Of a DNA stretch of 64,000 nt, positions 57,621 to 64,000 are shown one piece after another. The notes under the pieces were generated by a model. It was not told the DNA's origin, did not search any database, and saw only the letters and a list, made by a program, of their open reading frames with translations. The translations under genes were made by a program, and so were the position numbers. The stretch is taken from contig CP000875.1 of the NCBI GenBank assembly GCA_000018565.1, positions 569,199-633,198 on the forward strand, read 5' to 3'. This DNA comes from Herpetosiphon aurantiacus DSM 785 (GTDB lineage: Bacteria; Chloroflexota; Chloroflexia; Chloroflexales; Herpetosiphonaceae). Numbering within the stretch: position 1 is the stretch's first letter; every line of letters starts with the position of its first letter.

Positions 57621-57656
57621 AGCCTGCCTGCTGTCTGAAACAGCAGGCAGGCTTGA
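57621..57656 (+). terminator. Strong hairpin at end of long + operon
   Basis: caagcctgcctgctgt-ctgaa-acagcaggcaggcttg perfect 16-bp stem; weak T-tract. Confidence 0.45.
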
Positions 57657-57700
57657 CATTTGTGCTAGGATTTAAAAGATTTACATATTTGGGTATTTCT

Positions 57701-58891
57701 ATGATGCAACCACTTACAAATATCAGTAAAGCTGTAGATAGGATTATTGAATCACTTCCACAATTACAGCCTGTTTTGGAATCAACGACTTATAGACTTG
57801 GTGATGACTCTATTATCATTCGAAATAAGTATCCAGAATATCGAAACCAATTAAAATTACATAAAGATTTACTATCTAATATAATATTGGAAGAGTTAGA
57901 TAATAAGGAATTTAATTTTATTATAGATGAATCTGATATTAATTTTATTGAATTCGATAGAATTTCTTCAAAAAGATCAGTATCTAAAAATATAAATCAT
58001 AATTTTAATATAGAAAATAATATAAATTTAAATTTCTATACTTCTCAATCAATAGATGTAATAGATTCTGGTATATCACAATATTTAGATGATTTTAAAA
58101 AAAGAATGGTGTGGCCTCACTACAAAATAATAAGAAAAAAAGAAAATTCATCAAAAATAGTTTACGAAATATCATTCATTTCGATTGGTGAATTGGGGTT
58201 TATCACAGATATGACGGGAAAGATCTATTTAAGGAAAATAGGCGGAGGTGGATTTAACATCAAATATATAAATCCATTCCATATAAAAGATAATATAGAT
58301 AAGTTAGTTGAATTTCACCTCGAGGAATTTGATAAAATAAAGAAATGGCATAACTTTGAAATAGATATTCTTGAATCATCTATAGATTCTTCAAGAAATA
58401 TTATAGTTATTTCTAGAGAGATATTTGAATATATTGAATATAGCTTAAAAGAAGATGAAATAATTGAAGATAATGATTTATATAGAATTAATAGAAATAA
58501 TGAATATTACGTAAACCTTGATAGAATAAAAGAACTATCAAAAATTCAATCAAAAGATTTTGATATTACTAAACTAGTGAAATTATGTTTAGAATTAAAT
58601 ATATCATTTTCAAATGAGTGTTATTTTGCAGCTATATTTATTCTTAGGGCTATTATAGATCATATACCACCAATATTTGGACATATTAATTTTGATAATG
58701 TAGTAAGTAACTATAAAGGTAATTCTGGCAAAAAAATATTAAATCATCTTTTGGTTACGTTAAAAAATACTGCTCATATAAATATCCATAAACCTATTTC
58801 TAGGAAAGAAATTATTCCAAATCGACAACAAGTTGATTTTAAAAGTGAGATAGACTTTCTATTATCAGAGATAATACAAGAACTGTCATAG
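57701..58891 (+). CDS. Hypothetical protein encoded by an extremely AT-rich orphan gene (about 397 aa)
   Basis: Asn/Ile/Lys-rich composition; GC far below flanking DNA; no recognisable catalytic motif. Confidence 0.45.
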   Translation: MMQPLTNISKAVDRIIESLPQLQPVLESTTYRLGDDSIIIRNKYPEYRNQLKLHKDLLSNIILEELDNKEFNFIIDESDINFIEFDRISSKRSVSKNINHNFNIENNINLNFYTSQSIDVIDSGISQYLDDFKKRMVWPHYKIIRKKENSSKIVYEISFISIGELGFITDMTGKIYLRKIGGGGFNIKYINPFHIKDNIDKLVEFHLEEFDKIKKWHNFEIDILESSIDSSRNIIVISREIFEYIEYSLKEDEIIEDNDLYRINRNNEYYVNLDRIKELSKIQSKDFDITKLVKLCLELNISFSNECYFAAIFILRAIIDHIPPIFGHINFDNVVSNYKGNSGKKILNHLLVTLKNTAHINIHKPISRKEIIPNRQQVDFKSEIDFLLSEIIQELS

Positions 58892-59375
58892 TGAGAAGGC
58901 AGTCATACATCAAGTATGACCGCCTTCTCATATTTAAACCGCTAGTTGAGCCGGCAATACATCCAACTAGGGCAAGGGCAATTCCACCACCACCTCAACC
59001 GTATCTGTGACTGGCAGATACTTCATTTCGCCGACGGTAAAGCTCCGCAACTCTGGCGATGCCAGGAGCAGTGGCAGATTGCTAATCGTGATCGTATCGT
59101 TGTGCTGAATTAAATCCAGAATGTATTGTGGTTACCTGCTCCAGCTAGAGGTGTAATGTACCCAAACTGGTAATTATGATTGTTTTGGACACAATTGCAG
59201 ACCATCTTAATTACCATTCATATCGTGTTCATATCGTATTCAAACCGCATTCAGATGGTATACAAACCGCCAAAAAAAGAATAGCCCATCAGAAAGGCCT
59301 AAACTGGCCGTTTGGTCGTGCCGACATTCTTTAACAGGCTGCATCGCCACCGTTTTCATCCTGAGGAGGTTGTTC

Positions 59376-60314
59376 ATGGCTTCATCACTCGCGATTGGCC
59401 TCAATCCCATCGAGTTACACATCCTGTTGCTCGTCGCTCGGTTGGGCCGCTTGCTTTCACGTCACCTTCGCACAGCGTGGGGCCATCCGTTTACGGTGAC
59501 GATTCAAACGGTTAATCGCACCTTGGCCAAGCTCGTCGATGCCAAACTGCTCACCTATTGCGAACACTTTCAATCGCATGGCTATGACCCACGTGGTGCG
59601 CTGGGCTGGACACGCCATGGCCGCTTATATAGCCTCACGCCCCTCGGCTGGGAGATCGTCAAACAGGCTTTTCCGATGCTTGAAGAAGGCAGTGAGCGGC
59701 TGGCTCCCACGATGTTCAATCCCCAACATCAAGCGGAACACCAGATTGAATATGCCGAGGTCATCACCAGTTTGATTCAGTCATTACCCTACGTGCCTGG
59801 CATTGTCGGGATGAGCAGTTATATCGAAATGGACTTAGGGCCAACCGCACGGCCACGCGCCGACGGCATTGTCGTGGTGCGCCGCTGGGCCGATGCAACG
59901 CAGACCGATCGTGAGCGCTCGTCGCTCTATCCATGGCTGGGGGTTAGCCAACAAGCAGGCCAGATCGATCAACTGTATGCCATTGAGATTGATCGGGGAA
60001 CCGAGGAACTGAGCATTATTACGGGTAAGGCCCACTCCTATGGGGAGTTATATCGCTCGAAGTATTGGGAAGGGCGCTATCAATGGCCGCTGATTGCCTT
60101 TACCGTGCCGAGCGAACGCCGCAAACGGGCTGTGCTCGATGCGTGGGAAATCGGCTGGCCCGGCAGTCAGCTGCTGATTGCCACTATCGACGAGGTGCGT
60201 GAGTCAGGTATTCTCACGCCGATCTGGACAACCCAGTACACCAAGGATGGGCAACGTATCCAGCAGCCACATCGGTTTTTGAAGGTAAAGTGGTTTGAGA
60301 AGATTGTGGCGTAG
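59376..60314 (+). CDS. Hypothetical protein with N-terminal winged-HTH-like segment
   Basis: GAGGAGG RBS 6 nt before ATG 59376; LLLVARLGRLLSRHLRTAWG…LAKLVDAKLL HTH-like. Confidence 0.4.
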   Translation: MASSLAIGLNPIELHILLLVARLGRLLSRHLRTAWGHPFTVTIQTVNRTLAKLVDAKLLTYCEHFQSHGYDPRGALGWTRHGRLYSLTPLGWEIVKQAFPMLEEGSERLAPTMFNPQHQAEHQIEYAEVITSLIQSLPYVPGIVGMSSYIEMDLGPTARPRADGIVVVRRWADATQTDRERSSLYPWLGVSQQAGQIDQLYAIEIDRGTEELSIITGKAHSYGELYRSKYWEGRYQWPLIAFTVPSERRKRAVLDAWEIGWPGSQLLIATIDEVRESGILTPIWTTQYTKDGQRIQQPHRFLKVKWFEKIVA

Positions 60315-60360
60315 GTACAATATTATAATGCGTATAACCTACATACTTATAATACTGTTA

Positions 60361-60415
60361 AACCCTCATCCTCCTCTCTTCCATAAGCGACCCCTAGTGG
60401 GTCGTTTGTGGTTTT
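60361..60415 (+). ncRNA. Conserved CT-rich hairpin element (copy 2)
   Basis: aaaccctcatcctcctctcttccataagcg + GACCC-ctagt-GGGTC hairpin + tttgtggtttt; see copy 1 at 20349-20413. Confidence 0.35.
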
Positions 60416-61105
60416 CGGAATACGCGACAGTAGTATAAATGTTCTAATTTGGGTGATCTGAAGATTCTTGATTATCGATCTTTGTTTCTAGAGTTAGTTT
60501 TTTCTTGTAATATGTGGTGTTCTCGGCTTAGCACAATTTATTTACTTGGCATAACAAAATGGTATCGTGATGTAAGTATATGTTTGGCAACAAAAGATCA
60601 ACTGGAAGTCATATGATTATAGTTATGAATACACTATTTGAAGATTTTTTTAGACACTTCATTCTATTATACGATTTTAACTCTTCTTTTTTTGATTTCA
60701 TATGTCATTTGAATCATTTTGATTGGATATCAGCTAGTCTTTATCTTTTCTAATGCTAATTTAAGACTGTCATTATAAGGCTTTCTAATGATAAATTAAC
60801 CATAATATCAAATTGAAACCATTACTTATATAAAGCCTAGGATGGAATTTTGCGAACAGACAATATGCTATACTGTTCTAGATTAGGCCCCCTCCCGCTA
60901 GGAAGCATCGAGGGGGCTTCTCTTATGATGTATGTTGTGTACCACATTTTATCCTCAATTCCTCTACGGGCATCAAAATGTGATGTACAAGTAAAGGTTT
61001 CTGTGCTGTCCTTCATAACCTTCCTTTTTCTACATGCATGGCTTTGGCCGCATTAACGTGGGTTACATCAGCAGTCCTATCGATTCTTGATATGGAGGGT
61101 TCTTT

Positions 61106-64000
61106 ATGTATGCTCAGCGTGTGGCTAATTTTGTTCAGGAATATCAACGATATATCAATAATTCAGCGAATGAAGAGGAGCTTCGGAGCGGGTTTTATCT
61201 GGCTGCTACTAATGCTTTGGGTATTCCAAATTTTACCCTAGAACGAGGCCGGCAGGATATCCGCCGGAATCGTGTCATTCTAGAGTTTAAGAATAAAGGC
61301 CTATTTCGAGGTCAATCCACCAGCCTTAAATTTAAAGAGGCGCAGGATCAACTCATTAATAGGTATATCCCTCAGCAATCGCTTCGTGATGGGAGAAGGC
61401 CCTCAGATTATATTGGCGTGTGTTTTGATGGAGAACATCTTGCCTTTACCTTTGTTGAACCAGATCAAACGGTTCGGGTCACGAAACTATTGCCATTTGA
61501 TGAACATAGTGCTGGGGCTTTGGTTATGGCGCTTGACGTTGATGATCGGCGTGAACTAACCCCACAAAATGTTATTGATGATTTTGGTCCATCTTCCTTT
61601 ATTGCGCGACAGACCCTACAAGCATTATGGCATCACTTAAATGTATCTCTTGATATGGGTGTCAAGCGGATACACATGCTCTTTACCGAATGGAAAAGTC
61701 TTTTCCAACAAGGAACAAGCATTGGTACACGAGGGCGACAGAAACTTCAGGCGTATCTTCAGTCAGTGGGTTTACCTGAATCTGCTGATATCACCCGTCT
61801 CCTTTTTGTCCTTCATACCTATCATGCACTTTTTTTCAAATTGCTTGCGGCTGAGGTTGTGCTGACAAATGCTATTATCCCGGGTATGACCCAAACCGAT
61901 TTTTGTTTTTCTACCGCAGGACTTCCTGATCGATCCCTTATTAAGTTGTTGGTAGATGATATCGAGGAATCAAAAGTATTTCGCCGTGTCAACATCCTCA
62001 ATTTTGTTGAGGGGACTTTTTTTACCTGGTATACACATGAGGCTCCCGCAGGATTGATTGAAGCAATTCGACAGATTATGCAGCGGCTTAACCTTTATCG
62101 GCTAAGCGATCTTCAACTGGAACGAACACGCGATATTGTGAAGTATGTTTACGAGCAAATAGTTCCTGAACCGCTTCGTCATAGTCTGGGGGAATATTTC
62201 ACGCCAGAATGGCTGGTTGAGTTTACTCTTGATCGTGTTGGATATCAAGGCTCCCAAATTTTGGATCAGAAGATTCTCGATCCATGCTGCGGCTCAGGCA
62301 ATTTCCTTATTCATGCTATTGAGCGCTATAAACAGGCGGCTCACGCCCAAGGATGGGATGATTCTGCTATTCTTCATGGCATTACCAATCACATCTTTGG
62401 ATTTGACCTAAACCCTCTTGCCATGTTAACTGCACGGGTTAACTATCTTATTGCGATTTCGGATCTCTTGAAAACTTCATCTGCGGTTGAAATCCCTGTA
62501 TATCAAGCCGATGCCGTTTACATTCCAAAGCCCCGACCTGATGATCCGACTATTTATCGCTATGATATTTCAACCCGTCTAACAGGGTGTCCTATACTCG
62601 CCCTAGATATCCCTGTATCCCTAATTCACAAACAACATTTGTTTGCACGAGTGCTTGAGGAGATGGAAGAGTCGATAAATGAGCACCAGCATACCTCTGC
62701 ATTTATTACACATCTTAAGAGAAATCCTGAATTCTGTAGAGTAGAGGATCATCTTGACTGGATTCCATATCTGGAAAAAATGTTTAATGACATCCAGTTT
62801 CTTGAATCACGCTCATGGAATCGGATATGGTGTCGGATTGCGCGAAATTACTTTGCCTCCGTTGCAATAGGGTCTTGCGATATCGTTGCTGGTAATCCAC
62901 CCTGGGTTCGTTGGTCTGAATTACCCCAGCTTTATGCGGAGAAAATTAAACCGATTTGTGATGAATATGGAATTTTCTCTGATGAACGTTTTTTTGGGGG
63001 GAATGAGCTTGATATATCGGGGATGATAACCTATACCGTTATTGACCAGTGGTTGGATGAGGGTGGTAAGCTGGCCTTTATTCTTCCACAAAATCACCTG
63101 CAATCTCAGTCATCTGGTGGATTTCGTCAGTTTCAGATTCGCGAAACCCCGTTAGAGGTTTTACAGGTTGATGATTTTAGCGAGGTTAAACCATTCCGCC
63201 GCGTAGGTAATCGTCCCGCAGTGATAACCATCTACAAGGGGCGAGCTACAACCTATCCTGTTCCCTATAACATATGGAAACGTATAACCCCAACAACTAT
63301 CTCTGAAAATGTAAGCTATGCGACTGCGGCTGAGAATCTTCTATCGATACCTCATGAAGCTTATGCATTAGAGGACGCAGGAAAACGTTGGAGTATTCTT
63401 CCGCTAGGACGATTTCCTCTCCTTTCCATGTTGAATGGTGAGGACAGGTCAATTGAAGGCCGTAAGGGTATTGTTACCGATTTGAATGGGGCATACTTTA
63501 TTCGAATTCTTGGCCATGGTTATCGGACTGGAACTCTTCGTTTTAAAACTTCTCCAGATCAGGGTCAAAAACCTGTACCAGAGCGAACATATGAGATTGA
63601 GGCTGACCTTGTATATCCTCTGATAAAAGGGGCAAAAAATGTTCAACCATTTTATGCCACCACAAGCGAGTTAGCCGTAATTGTTCCTAATAAGGGGATT
63701 AATTCATCCTCTATGCCATCCATGTCTCGACTGACTTATCAGGGGTATCCACTAGCAGCACGTTATTTCCAGTCTCTGAATCGCGATGTGCTCATTGATG
63801 GTGTTGGCCTACTCGATCAACGATCAACTTGGCGAACCCGAATGCGGCCATTTTTGGAAAAACAATATGCCGATAATCTTGCCGATATACCCTTTTATGC
63901 AATCTATAACGTAGGAGACTATACATTTGCTCCCTATAAGGTTGTATGGGCAGAAATGTCTGGAAGTCTTAAGGCGGCAGTGATTTCTGATGGTCTTGTA
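61106..64000 (+). CDS. Type IIG-like fused restriction endonuclease / N6-adenine DNA methyltransferase (MmeI/BREX-PglX-like), 3' end beyond window
   Basis: N-terminal PD-(D/E)xK-like motif (RQDIRRNRVILEFKNKG); MTase motif I LDPCCGSGNFL and motif IV GNPPW (gamma-class N6A MTase); GGAGGG RBS; ORF open to window end (965 codons). Confidence 0.7.
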   Translation, partial: MYAQRVANFVQEYQRYINNSANEEELRSGFYLAATNALGIPNFTLERGRQDIRRNRVILEFKNKGLFRGQSTSLKFKEAQDQLINRYIPQQSLRDGRRPSDYIGVCFDGEHLAFTFVEPDQTVRVTKLLPFDEHSAGALVMALDVDDRRELTPQNVIDDFGPSSFIARQTLQALWHHLNVSLDMGVKRIHMLFTEWKSLFQQGTSIGTRGRQKLQAYLQSVGLPESADITRLLFVLHTYHALFFKLLAAEVVLTNAIIPGMTQTDFCFSTAGLPDRSLIKLLVDDIEESKVFRRVNILNFVEGTFFTWYTHEAPAGLIEAIRQIMQRLNLYRLSDLQLERTRDIVKYVYEQIVPEPLRHSLGEYFTPEWLVEFTLDRVGYQGSQILDQKILDPCCGSGNFLIHAIERYKQAAHAQGWDDSAILHGITNHIFGFDLNPLAMLTARVNYLIAISDLLKTSSAVEIPVYQADAVYIPKPRPDDPTIYRYDISTRLTGCPILALDIPVSLIHKQHLFARVLEEMEESINEHQHTSAFITHLKRNPEFCRVEDHLDWIPYLEKMFNDIQFLESRSWNRIWCRIARNYFASVAIGSCDIVAGNPPWVRWSELPQLYAEKIKPICDEYGIFSDERFFGGNELDISGMITYTVIDQWLDEGGKLAFILPQNHLQSQSSGGFRQFQIRETPLEVLQVDDFSEVKPFRRVGNRPAVITIYKGRATTYPVPYNIWKRITPTTISENVSYATAAENLLSIPHEAYALEDAGKRWSILPLGRFPLLSMLNGEDRSIEGRKGIVTDLNGAYFIRILGHGYRTGTLRFKTSPDQGQKPVPERTYEIEADLVYPLIKGAKNVQPFYATTSELAVIVPNKGINSSSMPSMSRLTYQGYPLAARYFQSLNRDVLIDGVGLLDQRSTWRTRMRPFLEKQYADNLADIPFYAIYNVGDYTFAPYKVVWAEMSGSLKAAVISDGLV

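Larger units (their letters stand above)
39761..64000. mobile_element. Integrated mobile element / genomic island at tRNA-Lys (right boundary beyond window)
   Basis: Serine recombinase abutting the tRNA, phage-like replication module, XRE regulator, Rad52 SSAP, R-M and Ubl-conjugation cargo, AT-rich islets (44.0-47.9 kb; 57.7-58.9 kb; 60.3-61.1 kb). No return to housekeeping genes before the window end. Confidence 0.6.

Overview
This 64 kb window has two parts. Positions 1-39.6 kb look like ordinary chromosome at about 50% GC (lineage undetermined). It carries housekeeping and metabolic genes (rpsA, clpC, tmk, metB-like, ubiD, thiolase, pnuC-nadR, M20 peptidase, OYE reductase, FAH hydrolase), two secreted S1 serine proteases, a tRNA cluster (Arg-Ser-Arg), several GC-rich REP/MITE-like hairpin repeats, and a tandem array of four paralogous small membrane proteins. 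From the tRNA-Lys(TTT) at 39.69 kb to the window end there is an integrated mobile element of at least 24 kb. A large serine recombinase sits against the tRNA, followed by a phage-like replication module (winged-HTH initiator with internal iterons plus a DnaC/IstB-like loader) and an XRE regulator. After these come two AT-rich islets and a long co-directional operon. The most interesting cargo is: (i) a cytosine-5 DNA methyltransferase translationally coupled to a MORC/MutL-like GHKL ATPase with an unassigned C-terminal domain and no recognisable restriction nuclease; (ii) an E2(UBC-like)-JAB/JAMM-E1(ThiF) ubiquitin-like conjugation cassette with a candidate beta-grasp Ubl, just downstream of a Rad52-family annealing protein; (iii) a very AT-rich orphan gene; and (iv) a 5'-partial Type IIG-like fused endonuclease/N6-adenine methyltransferase running off the window. 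No CRISPR array, capsid, terminase or portal genes are visible. All calls rest on motif-level reading of the provided six-frame translations; no database search was possible.
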